From: a virus
Lineage: Duplodnaviria > Caudoviricetes
Virus record (IMG/VR): IMGVR_UViG_3300009031_000221
Coordinates: 448,001 to 512,000 of that record
Direction: 5' to 3' (one strand)
DNA length: 64,000 nt
The notes under the pieces are model-generated. The model was not told where the DNA came from. It saw only the letters and a program-made list of their open reading frames with translations, and did no database searches. This document shows positions 18,826 to 28,221 of this stretch, piece after piece. The first letter of the stretch is position 1. The number at the start of each line of letters is the position of its first letter. Both the position numbers and the translations under genes were made by a program.

Positions 18826-18889
18826 TGTATGCGTCCTTCCTATAGGTCAATGGGGGAGATGCGTTCGGTAGCTCTCCTACAAGCGAACT

Positions 18890-18905
18890 TATAGAAGAGC
18901 TACCG
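18890..18905 (-). promoter_or_regulatory. Class B promoter motif
   Basis: CGGTAG-CTCTT-CTATA; inverted copy CGGTAG-CTCTC-CTACA at 18866..18881. Confidence 0.7.
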
Positions 18906-18922
18906 AATGCGATGATGTATGA

Positions 18923-18949
18923 CTTACTTTACCGATCCACAGCGTAGAT
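18923..18949 (+). promoter_or_regulatory. Class A promoter motif
   Basis: CTTACT-N13-GCGTAGAT. Confidence 0.85.
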
Positions 18950-18988
18950 AGGCTACGGGGCGCATACGATGGCCCGAAGGAACCGACG

Positions 18989-19450
18989 ATGATCAAGCTT
19001 ACCGCCAAGAAGTATCGCCACTTCAACATCGGCCATGAGGGCGGGGCCATGTCCTGCGAACTCTACGTTGATGGCGTTCTGGCGGCACACGTTGAGAACG
19101 ACGGCACCGGTAGCTCGAACAAGTACACCTGGGTCGGCCCCTATGAGAAGTGCCACTCCATCAACGTCCCCGCGGACATCGCGGCACACGTCGAAGCGCA
19201 GCCCGAAGTCGATTACCACGGCTACAAGATGAAGCCCAACTTGGACATGCTGGTTGATGATGCCTGCTACGACTTCCAGATGAACCGCAAATTGACCATT
19301 CGCTGCAAGAAGGTGACGGTGTTCCGCTTCCCGACTGACCCGAAGGATCACTATCGCGAGTACGCCAAGCCCTTCACGCCCGCCATTGCGGCGGCGATTC
19401 GTGCCAAGCACCCGAATGTCATCATCATCAACGAGACCCTGGGGGCGTAG
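18989..19450 (+). CDS. Hypothetical protein
   Basis: 153 aa, GAAGGAA RBS. Confidence 0.8.
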   Translation: MIKLTAKKYRHFNIGHEGGAMSCELYVDGVLAAHVENDGTGSSNKYTWVGPYEKCHSINVPADIAAHVEAQPEVDYHGYKMKPNLDMLVDDACYDFQMNRKLTIRCKKVTVFRFPTDPKDHYREYAKPFTPAIAAAIRAKHPNVIIINETLGA

Positions 19451-19452
19451 GA

Positions 19453-19479
19453 CTTACTTCTAGCCCAATCCGCGTAGAT
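19453..19479 (+). promoter_or_regulatory. Class A promoter motif
   Basis: CTTACT-N13-GCGTAGAT. Confidence 0.85.
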
Positions 19480-19484
19480 AGAGT

Positions 19485-19570
19485 GTGGTGATAGTTTAGT
19501 TGTGAAAACAGCAGGACAACCCAAGCGGCAAACCTGTCATTCGCGGAATCGAAGCCCGCTCACCACCCCA
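19485..19570 (+). ncRNA. tRNA-His-like RNA with 17-nt anticodon loop and degenerate T arm
   Basis: Acceptor GTGGTGA/TCACCAC + C-CCA; D stem GTTT/AAAC; AC stem GCAGG/CCTGT; 5-nt variable loop; T arm GCGGA-ATCGAAG-CCCGC. Confidence 0.75.
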
Positions 19571-19585
19571 AACGAGGTCTATCCA

Positions 19586-20035
19586 ATGAAGTTGAAAACT
19601 TTCCACCGCTACTCCGGGAGTATTACAGTCGCGGAAGTGCCCTGGTACACGTGGCTTTGGGCTCAGTTGTTCCGCCCATTAGGTTTCACCCTTTTCATCG
19701 TCGCATGTGGCTTCGGGATCGCCCAGATCCCGAAGCCCGATTACAGCTATCATCACCACTACGACGGCGTCGAATCCGTGCTGCTCCAAACGCAGCGTTC
19801 GGCTTCATTCATCGTTGTGATGCCCGATGGCACGCGGAAAGTGCAAGGCAATGAGTTCGGCGCCATCACCCTGATCTACGATGTGCCGGAAGGAAAACTT
19901 GGATGGGCGGACGCTACGCGGGATCGCGATTCGAATAATGAACAGGTCGTCATCCACACGCACGCAAAAGATCTGCAAGGCGGGGGCTGGGATCACGGAA
20001 AAGGGGGTAAAGGAACCACGGTACTGATTCCATGA
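19586..20035 (+). CDS. Membrane-anchored hypothetical protein
   Basis: TM segment LFRPLGFTLFIVACGFGIA; GAGG RBS. Confidence 0.7.
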   Translation: MKLKTFHRYSGSITVAEVPWYTWLWAQLFRPLGFTLFIVACGFGIAQIPKPDYSYHHHYDGVESVLLQTQRSASFIVVMPDGTRKVQGNEFGAITLIYDVPEGKLGWADATRDRDSNNEQVVIHTHAKDLQGGGWDHGKGGKGTTVLIP

Positions 20036-20838
20036 ACGAACGACCTCCATGCCGAGATTGTGGGAACTCGCAATACCATGCGGTGTCCTGTGAACATGCT
20101 TTCAGCCCCACGACACCGATCCTATCCCGGCATCGTGCCTATGGCCCATTGCCTTCCATGCTTGAAATATTGATGACGAAAGGAAAACTCATGCCCCCAT
20201 TGCCATCCCTTCGAGACATTTTGCCGGCAGGAACAATCATCACGCCTGTGCGTATGCCTGGGGGACTTCCCCCCCGTCATGACATTCTCATCAATGACTT
20301 CGTTCGTCGGCAGACGGCGGATTCCAAGCATTCCCATTGGATCCTCTCCGATGATGACTTGTTGGAACGCATCGAGGAAGCCTGGAGCCAGCAACGCCCA
20401 GGCTACCGTGATGGTGTCGTACTTGTGCCCGTGAACCCCCAGGGATTCTACACGTCCATCGTGACCCTCCAGGAAGGGGACAAGCTCATTGGGCAATTCA
20501 AGCGCCGCAAGGATGGAGAGGATCCCCGCAAGTCCACGATCAAGGATCGTGGGGACACTCCTTTGGAAGAGCTGAAGCAGCCCGCTGTCCTGGTTGACAT
20601 CATCCTCTACCGGGATGACGTGCTTGCGGAAGACAATGAACAAACAGGCCACGAGTGGAACATCATATCGATCAACGCCTACCCGACGAACGAGATCGCA
20701 CCGATCCACCCGGACGTGTTGATCGCCAACCACTTCCACCTGTCCGGTGGAACTGCCACGGGCATGACCCCAGAGCAGTTCGAGACCCAGATGCGTGAAT
20801 CCGTCCTGTACTGGAAGGACAAGGCAATGGTCGGCTAA
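20032..20838 (+). CDS. DUF3228-like protein
   Basis: GYRDGV..RRKDGEDPRK..VDIILY..W.IISINA..PIHP..NHF..SGGT pattern (recognised from memory); start may be downstream. Confidence 0.65.
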   Translation: MNERPPCRDCGNSQYHAVSCEHAFSPTTPILSRHRAYGPLPSMLEILMTKGKLMPPLPSLRDILPAGTIITPVRMPGGLPPRHDILINDFVRRQTADSKHSHWILSDDDLLERIEEAWSQQRPGYRDGVVLVPVNPQGFYTSIVTLQEGDKLIGQFKRRKDGEDPRKSTIKDRGDTPLEELKQPAVLVDIILYRDDVLAEDNEQTGHEWNIISINAYPTNEIAPIHPDVLIANHFHLSGGTATGMTPEQFETQMRESVLYWKDKAMVG

Positions 20839-21077
20839 TGGAACCCCTTACCCCAGATAAATGCACCAAGTGTAGCGGGGATACCGAAGAATGGTACTGC
20901 TACTGCACATGGGGATGTGAGGGCTGTGGTCTGAACCGTAAATGCCGAAAATGCGGATACGTATTCAAAGTCTACACACCGGAACAATTGGAAGAGAAAA
21001 AGAAGCAACGGCTAATCAGCCAAGCGGCAAGCAAAGCCGGGCATGAGGCTAGACTACGTAGGCAAGGAAAACGATGA
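20838..21077 (+). CDS. Small Cys-rich zinc-ribbon protein
   Basis: CTKC..CYC..CEGC..CRKC. Confidence 0.65.
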   Translation: MEPLTPDKCTKCSGDTEEWYCYCTWGCEGCGLNRKCRKCGYVFKVYTPEQLEEKKKQRLISQAASKAGHEARLRRQGKR

Positions 21078-21271
21078 AGGTAGCCCCCCGTAAATTTCGT
21101 TGTGCCGTTTGTGGAAAAGAAGTGGCCGGCAGGCTTCCCCGTGGTGGTGACGGCACCTTCTTCTATCCCCGAAAGCACAATGTAAACGGAACCATTTGCA
21201 CCGGGGTCTATTCAGAAGCAGAATGGATGACTGACAAGCCAAAGTGACATCGCCTCGGGTACAGTTCCCGC

Positions 21272-21553
21272 ATGGGCAAACGTATCCGATCGACAGTTCG
21301 ATGTCCGTTCTGTGATATGGCGTATGAGTCATTTCGCTCCCCTGCCGTGCCATCTTTCCAAGAGGCGTATTCCATCAAGATTGAGGCTAGCCGCGATTCC
21401 CACGCTAACGGGGACTACAGCGACAATGCCTATCGAGGAACCGTCCTAGGGCTAATGCGGCTCGCTAAAATGGCAGCGTGGAAGGACGAACACCTTTATT
21501 GGTGCCAAGTCGAATATGAATCCCATTCAGTAGAGGAACAAATCCCCTTCTAG
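21272..21553 (+). CDS. Hypothetical protein
   Basis: CPFC, 93 aa. Confidence 0.6.
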   Translation: MGKRIRSTVRCPFCDMAYESFRSPAVPSFQEAYSIKIEASRDSHANGDYSDNAYRGTVLGLMRLAKMAAWKDEHLYWCQVEYESHSVEEQIPF

Positions 21554-21570
21554 GGGTATAGGGAAATACC

Positions 21571-21780
21571 ATGTCATTCTATCGACAGAATCAAGCTCAA
21601 ATCGATCGCCAAAACCAATGGGAACAATCCCACGGCATGCGTCGGCGCCCTATAGACCTTGAATACCAACCTGAGCCCGATCCAAATGCCCCCAGGGAAC
21701 GAATCATCCCTTCCGTCATTGGCGATTGGAAACCTGATGACCGTCCAACCCATGGGGATGGATCCGTAGGAATCATCTAA
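21571..21780 (+). CDS. Hypothetical protein
   Basis: 69 aa, first gene of operon. Confidence 0.6.
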   Translation: MSFYRQNQAQIDRQNQWEQSHGMRRRPIDLEYQPEPDPNAPRERIIPSVIGDWKPDDRPTHGDGSVGII

Positions 21781-22445
21781 TGATCAACGCATACCGAAAA
21801 CGCTTCCCTCAACGCCATACCGTTCTACCGGTCGTCCATGTCACGTCTTTGGAACAAGCCATCCGCAACGTCGAAATCGCTATCAATGCTGGTGCCGATG
21901 GTTGCTTCCTGATCAATCACACGATGACGTGGCAAAAGCTAATAGAAATCCACCAAACCGTATCGGAACAGTTCCCGGGTTTCTGGATCGGGGTCAATCT
22001 TTTGGATCTATTTCCGAACCAAGCGCTGAACAAAGTCCCGCACTACATGCCGGGTTTGTGGATGGACAGCTATGACGCCAACCGAGTAGATCACTATTTG
22101 GGGTTGTTGTTCGGTGGGGTAGCCTTCAAGTACCAAGCACCGGTAGCGGACGTAGCTGCCGCCGCACGTCAGGCATGCCAATACATGGACGTGGTTGTCA
22201 CGTCAGGTGTTGGGACAGGCAAAGCCCCGCCCGTAGCCAAGATCAAATCCATGAAGGAAGCCATCGGGGATTTCCCCCTTGCCATCGCTTCAGGTATCAC
22301 AACCCGAAACATCATCGACTTCCTGCCCTACGCGGATTCCTTCATGGTGGCAACGGGCATCTCCGCATCAGAAGATGAGTTGGATCCGGGCCTGACTGAC
22401 GTGTTGGTACGTATGGTCAGGGCATACGATGAACCCATTTCATAG
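21780..22445 (+). CDS. BtpA/SgcQ-family TIM-barrel protein
   Basis: VLPVVHV, GADGCFLIN, IGVNLL, GGVAFKY, DVVVTSGVGTG, IASGIT, VATG. Confidence 0.85.
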   Translation: MINAYRKRFPQRHTVLPVVHVTSLEQAIRNVEIAINAGADGCFLINHTMTWQKLIEIHQTVSEQFPGFWIGVNLLDLFPNQALNKVPHYMPGLWMDSYDANRVDHYLGLLFGGVAFKYQAPVADVAAAARQACQYMDVVVTSGVGTGKAPPVAKIKSMKEAIGDFPLAIASGITTRNIIDFLPYADSFMVATGISASEDELDPGLTDVLVRMVRAYDEPIS

Positions 22446-22453
22446 GTGATTGA

Positions 22454-23113
22454 ATGTACTACATCTTCGAGGGTATTGATGGATCAGGGAAGGACTGTCA
22501 GGCGGATTTGCTTGTCCATTACCTGACTAGGGACAAATCCTTTATTCCTACAAATCGAGTAGGGATCATGTCCAAGCCGTTAGCCCCTTACACACATCGT
22601 ATCAATGAACCGGACGCATCTAGCCCTACGGGGCGACTCCTCCGTGAATGTCTAAAGTCTGGGGCATATCCTACGGCTCATGCCGCCATGTTCCTCGCCG
22701 ATCGCATGGCATTACATGCCAAGATTCTGCCTTTCGTAGAAGCAAACCATGAAGTGGTTTCTAGTAGGTCATTCCTAAGTACCCTAGTATATCAGCAAGA
22801 GCAATGGCCCGGGCCTGAAGGATTGCAATGGCTTTTCGATCTACACCGGATGTTGCCTTGCAAGGCGGATTTCATATTCGTATTGGATGTTGATCCTGAT
22901 GTTGGGTTGGAACGGGTAGGAAAGCGGTCGAAGGATCTCGAGCTATACGAACGCTTGGATATCCAGTCCCGCAATAGGCGGAGATACCTTGCCCTGGCGA
23001 AGGATGAAAGGTTGAGTCAGTTTCTGACACCTAAAGGAAAAGTGATAGTAATTGACGCCATGGGCGAACCGGTGGCTGTACACAAAAAGGTCTTGGAGGC
23101 CATGGGGAGGTAA
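22454..23113 (+). CDS. tmk: Thymidylate kinase
   Basis: IFEGIDGSGK, EP, LFxADR-like MFLADR, SRSFLSTLVYQ, IDA. Confidence 0.9.
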   Translation: MYYIFEGIDGSGKDCQADLLVHYLTRDKSFIPTNRVGIMSKPLAPYTHRINEPDASSPTGRLLRECLKSGAYPTAHAAMFLADRMALHAKILPFVEANHEVVSSRSFLSTLVYQQEQWPGPEGLQWLFDLHRMLPCKADFIFVLDVDPDVGLERVGKRSKDLELYERLDIQSRNRRRYLALAKDERLSQFLTPKGKVIVIDAMGEPVAVHKKVLEAMGR

Positions 23114-23116
23114 GTC

Positions 23117-23650
23117 GTGGGAGGAAAGAATAAGGAACTCGCCAACATGAAGCGTAGGCAGAAGGCGGCTGAGAAGGCAAAGGTTCGGCGAGCTACCAAG
23201 AAGTATACCCCTGCATCGCCCGTCCAAGGGATGGGAAACCAAAGTGGCATCATGAACGTTAGTCTTGAAGATTTCCCAGAAGAAGCACACTTGTTCTGGC
23301 TGGCGCATGGTGTCAACTGCATCGTGTCGGATTATGACAAGGGAACCTGGAGCCCTCTGTTTGAGGGAATCTACGAGGGGAATTCCCCTGACCCAGAATC
23401 TATTGCCCAAGCCATCATGGACAAGTACAACGTCAATGACAAGGAATGGCCTGTAGAGGCCAAGTCCGCCCTTGCGTGGACTGTCACGGAACGCCATGTC
23501 GTCTACGTCTACTACCGGGAAGCGATCCGTCGTCTCACCGCCGCCCATGGTGGAGATGCCGATATCGAATCCATGAGCCGTCAACCGCACAACCCCATCG
23601 TATGGGCAATGTTCGCCTATCTGAAAGAGAAGACCCTCAAGAGGAAGTAA
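23117..23650 (+). CDS. Hypothetical protein
   Basis: 177 aa, GGAGG RBS. Confidence 0.75.
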   Translation: MGGKNKELANMKRRQKAAEKAKVRRATKKYTPASPVQGMGNQSGIMNVSLEDFPEEAHLFWLAHGVNCIVSDYDKGTWSPLFEGIYEGNSPDPESIAQAIMDKYNVNDKEWPVEAKSALAWTVTERHVVYVYYREAIRRLTAAHGGDADIESMSRQPHNPIVWAMFAYLKEKTLKRK

Positions 23651-23653
23651 CAC

Positions 23654-24043
23654 ATGCAAGTATCCATTGTTCACCAAAACCTGGATCCAGTCATCTATCT
23701 GGATGCGGAAAATGGCATCACGTTGTTGTTCTACAACCCCAACCCAGGCACCACGCTTGGTGAAATGGATGAATATTCCTTCGACCGCATGTCCCCCTAC
23801 TATGTGCCCGCAAGTCAAGCTCAAGACTTGAGGCGGATGCTGGTTGACCTTCGGTCACCGGAATCCATCATCAATGAATTGGGCTTGACAACACGTAGCT
23901 ATGCCTGGGTCGAATCTTACATCAATCCACCGGAACCTATACGGGCACGGTTAGACTCGTCCGGTAGACTGATGGGTCGCCGACCCCGCCTTGTTCATGG
24001 TGGGATTGCAGGCTTGCGGACAATAGACGGCAATGAATGGTAA
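23654..24043 (+). CDS. Hypothetical protein
   Basis: 129 aa. Confidence 0.7.
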   Translation: MQVSIVHQNLDPVIYLDAENGITLLFYNPNPGTTLGEMDEYSFDRMSPYYVPASQAQDLRRMLVDLRSPESIINELGLTTRSYAWVESYINPPEPIRARLDSSGRLMGRRPRLVHGGIAGLRTIDGNEW

Positions 24044-24058
24044 CCATAAGGAATTAAC

Positions 24059-24298
24059 ATGAAACCAGTAGCATGTACAGGCGTAAACATCTACAACGGC
24101 GGAGTCACCTTTCAAGTCCTCGATGAGGGTGAGTTTGGCCCGTCTTTGGAAATCACTTCTAGTTCCTTCGGGAACATGAACCACACATTCCAAATCTACT
24201 TGACACCGGACTCCCTTCATGACTTGGCAGAGGTATTCAAGAAGGCTGCGGAACACAAGTTTACGGGACAGTATGTCCATGCCGCCAAATGCGATTGA
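24059..24298 (+). CDS. Hypothetical protein
   Basis: TAAGGAA RBS. Confidence 0.7.
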   Translation: MKPVACTGVNIYNGGVTFQVLDEGEFGPSLEITSSSFGNMNHTFQIYLTPDSLHDLAEVFKKAAEHKFTGQYVHAAKCD

Positions 24299-24304
24299 AA
24301 GGAA

Positions 24305-24931
24305 ATGATGCGAAAGCCAAATAACAAGGAACTGAAAGATATCAAACGCTACGCTTATGGCAGGCTTTGTTGGTGGAGCGAGGATATCGCCAAGGCCAAA
24401 GCTATCGTTGTAGCGCGGATCAAGGAAGACCGTGCCAATCCCGACAAACGGGATCCTGAGGTATTGAAGAAAGACCTTCGCAAGGCAGGACGCATTATAG
24501 CAAAACGCTATCGGGAAGATGCCCAAACTATTCGTGCTATCTGGAGAAATCCAAGCAATTACCGGAATATCCTAAAGCAGTGCATTATTGGCAGGTATAT
24601 CAGTACTCCTGAGGGAAGGACAAAGCTTGCCGAATCTATGACACAGCCTCTTCGTTGTGGCGGCAAGGACTACATCAACGGTGTAGGCTATACCAAGTAC
24701 GGCGGAAAGATGTTGACGGATGCGGAGTGCGAGATTCTACGGAAACGCAACAATGGGTCGGTAGTAGATTTGGGACATAGCTACCACTGCCCTGAATGCT
24801 ATGACCCCAGGACGCATCAAATTATTCCTGGATGTGTTCATTGTGCGGGCACGGGCGATTCCGAATGGTATCGTAACCTCCTACGTACGCATGTCCCTAA
24901 CAAGGGTACATGGAAACCCTCGGAGGCATAG
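24305..24931 (+). CDS. Basic protein with C-terminal CxxC..CxxC
   Basis: 208 aa; internal STPEGRTKLAESMTQPLR motif. Confidence 0.7.
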   Translation: MMRKPNNKELKDIKRYAYGRLCWWSEDIAKAKAIVVARIKEDRANPDKRDPEVLKKDLRKAGRIIAKRYREDAQTIRAIWRNPSNYRNILKQCIIGRYISTPEGRTKLAESMTQPLRCGGKDYINGVGYTKYGGKMLTDAECEILRKRNNGSVVDLGHSYHCPECYDPRTHQIIPGCVHCAGTGDSEWYRNLLRTHVPNKGTWKPSEA

Positions 24932-24934
24932 CAC

Positions 24935-25327
24935 ATGAACCTCGATGACGCGATTCTACATGCCCGGCATCAATCCTGCCAAGGTGGGGAATGCGGAGCG
25001 GAACATGACCAGTTAGCTATGTGGCTCGAGGAACTCCGTAACCTACGGGCAGAGCAAGCACGTCGTCATGGGGAATCGAAGGAAGCAGTCCTTGAGGTTC
25101 TGGAGAACGCGGAAGCTTGGACAGCGGATGGATTCGAGGATGCCTTGGTAGGGTATGCGGACGTGGCGCAACGAACCATTGCGGTCTATGACTACGAATC
25201 GTGTGTCGAGATTCTGATGTCCCGGGATGGAATGACCCGCGAAGGGGCTGAGGAATTCATTGAATTCAACGTTATTGGGGCGGATGTCGGGAAAGGAACT
25301 CCAGCATTTGCAACCCTCATCAAATAA
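24935..25327 (+). CDS. Conserved phage hypothetical protein
   Basis: DGFEDALVG..AVYD..EFIEFNVIGA.VG..TP pattern common in phages. Confidence 0.75.
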   Translation: MNLDDAILHARHQSCQGGECGAEHDQLAMWLEELRNLRAEQARRHGESKEAVLEVLENAEAWTADGFEDALVGYADVAQRTIAVYDYESCVEILMSRDGMTREGAEEFIEFNVIGADVGKGTPAFATLIK

Positions 25328-25337
25328 GGAAACGAAC

Positions 25338-25679
25338 ATGGCTATTCTAGGTGTAGCGGGAAACAACCCCAATGGAAACGTGGTGATTCTGTCTGCGGAT
25401 GACGCGGATGATGCGACCACGGCACAAATGTTGGAACAGGCAAAGTTGGCCTTCATTGATACTGCCAAGTATATCATCGTCGCGAATGTGGATATCTATA
25501 CGAATACCCTGGATCTCAAGTACCTTGAAGGAAAGGTGCTATTCCTCCATGGGGAGGATATGAGCATGGACCAAGTCGATACCCTTCAAGGTCTTGTATC
25601 AGATGCTGTTGGGGATACCGATGTTGGCGTAATCATCACGAACTTTGAGATCAATACGCGGGTGGTTGAATGTCGGTAA
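25338..25679 (+). CDS. Hypothetical protein
   Basis: TAAGGAA RBS. Confidence 0.7.
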   Translation: MAILGVAGNNPNGNVVILSADDADDATTAQMLEQAKLAFIDTAKYIIVANVDIYTNTLDLKYLEGKVLFLHGEDMSMDQVDTLQGLVSDAVGDTDVGVIITNFEINTRVVECR

Positions 25680-25993
25680 ACAAGTACACCATGCTCGTGG
25701 AGAAGCTCGCTACGGATGGCAAAGGCCAGATGACGTGCTTCGGCCAATCCATGATGCCTATCCTCAAGTCCGGTGGAACCGTCACCTTTGAGAAGCGGGA
25801 CTCCTATGCGGTAGGGGACATGGTATTCGCGAAGGTCAGGGGACGCTACATAGATTGTCATTTGATTACAAAGGTTGGTTCGGATGGCAGGTTCATGATT
25901 GCCAATAACCATGGATGGGAAAACGGTTGGACGGACACCATTTACGGCAAGGCAGTTTCTGTGACCTACAAAGGCGAAACCAAGGAGTTGTAA
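25670..25993 (+). CDS. S24/S26 peptidase-like protein
   Basis: GQSMMPILKSG..GDMVFAKV..H. Confidence 0.7.
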   Translation: MSVNKYTMLVEKLATDGKGQMTCFGQSMMPILKSGGTVTFEKRDSYAVGDMVFAKVRGRYIDCHLITKVGSDGRFMIANNHGWENGWTDTIYGKAVSVTYKGETKEL

Positions 25994-25995
25994 CC

Positions 25996-26778
25996 ATGTG
26001 TGGAGCTACGTCAGACCTAATCATTTACGAAGGGCGGGCATATTCAGGTATGATCCGTGACATGGTTCCACGTCATTCTACGGTGCCGGATTACGAAAAC
26101 ATGAACTGTTTCGGGTCTAGCCACATCTTGATATTTCAGGCAGGGTTAGGCGAACCAATTGTAGCCCCATGGTTACTCATTCGTACCCCCACGAAAGAAA
26201 ATGGCCCTGTCATAGATGAAATGCAGCCTGAGCCAATCCCCAAGTCTATTGACGGGGTTGTATTGTCGGGCGTGTTTCGCCACATTGATTCATTCGGGTG
26301 CGGTTATCGCCTTGACACAACGTACCAGTATTTGTTTCAAGACGTCATACTGTTCCTCTATGACAACATAGAGTGCACTGAGCATGAACTAGTGATACGG
26401 AATTCCAAAGTCGTAGAACTCCGTAGCCTGGGTCCTGTCGCATATGAACGAGATCCGCCTGAAAAGTTGAAAAAAAGGTACAACATCATCGCCCGTATGA
26501 TGCGTGAACCAAATTGGCGCAACCGCATTTGGCGCACATTCACTGGATCCGACGCACTTCGCCTAAGGATGAATTACAGAGGACTGTGGGAAGGCGAATA
26601 CGAGTTCTTGTCTGAGGATGAGTTTTGGCAAGTCATTGAAAGGCATGCCAGCAGTTCCGGGCGCCTTAGTCTAGCTAGTGCTGTAATCGATGTGTCCGAC
26701 ACCCCCGTAAGAGGCCTCCATCAATTCCCGCATCCGTTTGTACGTCGAACCAAAGACATAGTTCAGTTCATACATTGA
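25996..26778 (+). CDS. Hypothetical protein
   Basis: AAGGAG RBS; within track ORF 25915..26778. Confidence 0.6.
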   Translation: MCGATSDLIIYEGRAYSGMIRDMVPRHSTVPDYENMNCFGSSHILIFQAGLGEPIVAPWLLIRTPTKENGPVIDEMQPEPIPKSIDGVVLSGVFRHIDSFGCGYRLDTTYQYLFQDVILFLYDNIECTEHELVIRNSKVVELRSLGPVAYERDPPEKLKKRYNIIARMMREPNWRNRIWRTFTGSDALRLRMNYRGLWEGEYEFLSEDEFWQVIERHASSSGRLSLASAVIDVSDTPVRGLHQFPHPFVRRTKDIVQFIH

Positions 26779-26788
26779 GAGAAACGAA

Positions 26789-27697
26789 ATGAAAACCAAA
26801 GTCCTGTTTGACATGGAAACGGGTGACCCGGATGACGTACTCACCCTGGCCTTGTTGGCTACGCATCCGAAGGCGGATCTACTTGGCGTGACCATCACTC
26901 CGGGTACTCCTGACCAAGTAGGCATCGTTCGTCATGTTCTAGATGCCGTGGGTCGTGGGGATCTTCCTGTGGGTGCATTCAACCTGGATCATGGGAAATC
27001 TTGCGTATCCGAATGGCACTACAAGACGTTCGGCAAAGTCCCACCAAGTAGGAACGCCCTCAAGGGCTGGGAAACCCTTTGTGACTTGTGGGACGAAGAC
27101 GTGACTTTGATCACGGGCGGACCCTTGAAGAACGTTGGGGCATTACTTCACCAATTTCAGGCTGCCTGGAACAACGGTATCAAGAATCACCTTTGGCGTT
27201 TCGATGTAGGGAACATTGTCGTCCAAGGCGGGTTTGCCGGGGATGGGGTTGTGCCTTTTGAAATGCAATTGCCCAAGTTCCACGGACGAACCACGTGCCC
27301 AACGTACAACTTGAATGGCGATCCCACGTCTGCCAAATCCGTTCTGGCATTTGAGGAACTACGGGGCAAGCGGCACTTCGTGTCCAAGAACGTTTGTCAT
27401 GGTGTTGTCTACGACCGGGAGATGCACGATATCGTATGTGCCGTCCCATGTCCCCATCCAGGCCTCGCCCTCATCAAACGGTCCATGGATGCCTACGTTG
27501 CCGGGGACGGCGCTAAGGCCTTGCATGACCCCTTGGCTGCCATGTGTGCCCTATACCCTGAGATTGGGGTATGGGCAGAAGTAGAGATCTATCGGGAACG
27601 TGGAGAGTGGGGATCCAAGCTATCCCCCGGATCAGGAACATGGATCCTGATTGGATATGACAGGAAGCGCTTCTTGGAAGCCTTCTGCGAGGTCTAA
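26789..27697 (+). CDS. Inosine/uridine-preferring nucleoside hydrolase family
   Basis: DMETGDPDD, TGGPLKN, QGG, YNLNGDP, LHDPLA. Confidence 0.88.
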   Translation: MKTKVLFDMETGDPDDVLTLALLATHPKADLLGVTITPGTPDQVGIVRHVLDAVGRGDLPVGAFNLDHGKSCVSEWHYKTFGKVPPSRNALKGWETLCDLWDEDVTLITGGPLKNVGALLHQFQAAWNNGIKNHLWRFDVGNIVVQGGFAGDGVVPFEMQLPKFHGRTTCPTYNLNGDPTSAKSVLAFEELRGKRHFVSKNVCHGVVYDREMHDIVCAVPCPHPGLALIKRSMDAYVAGDGAKALHDPLAAMCALYPEIGVWAEVEIYRERGEWGSKLSPGSGTWILIGYDRKRFLEAFCEV

Positions 27698-27700
27698 TCC

Positions 27701-27889
27701 CTACATGTCAATGATGAACACGCCGCGTTCGGAATCGACGTCATCGTCGGATTGAGCGCTGGTAGGCCTATCGGTAAATCCTGGGGGCATTGATTCAGGC
27801 ATCGGCAACCGAAGCATGGGTTGCACAGGTTTTACGGGTTGACGGATCTGCTCTTGACGCAACTGTTCAAGTTCTTCAAGCCATCCCAT
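27701..27889 (-). CDS. Hypothetical protein
   Basis: 62 aa, GAGG RBS. Confidence 0.65.
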   Translation of the reverse strand: MGWLEELEQLRQEQIRQPVKPVQPMLRLPMPESMPPGFTDRPTSAQSDDDVDSERGVFIIDM

Positions 27890-27891
27890 GG

Positions 27892-28221
27892 TTACACCTC
27901 TTCCAAATCCTTGTAGAACTTTGCCAGTTTGTCGGCCTCGAATCCCAAGCTCAGGTAGATGTCCCGTTCCATTCGCCGCACGTTGCGGTTCTCCTCCTCC
28001 GTTTCACTATAACCCCCGCGACGAAAGATGTCGAGGAGGGCGGAGTAGAACTCGAGTTCCAGGTCGGACTCGGGCTTGAACCCCTCCAGGGCACCCTTCA
28101 AGCAACGCATCATCAGGTAGCTCATGTGCGGAGTCGGGTTGAGCACAACTCCATCCAGGGATGGGGGAGCCAAAAAACACGAAGCGTTCAACAGAGATTC
28201 CAAGTCCTTGCGGATATCCAT
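27892..28221 (-). CDS. Hypothetical protein
   Basis: MDIRKDL start, GAGG RBS. Confidence 0.65.
   Translation of the reverse strand: MDIRKDLESLLNASCFLAPPSLDGVVLNPTPHMSYLMMRCLKGALEGFKPESDLELEFYSALLDIFRRGGYSETEEENRNVRRMERDIYLSLGFEADKLAKFYKDLEEV

Noticed and set aside
19516-19532. 10-nt intron restoring a normal anticodon loop
   Set aside because: No excision gives U33 plus a plausible His anticodon, and no bulge-helix-bulge is visible
22454-25327. Six consecutive same-frame genes as evidence of TAA recoding or one read-through polyprotein
   Set aside because: Junctions use TAA, TGA and TAG, one has two TAAs, and most downstream genes have their own RBS; such a run can arise by chance
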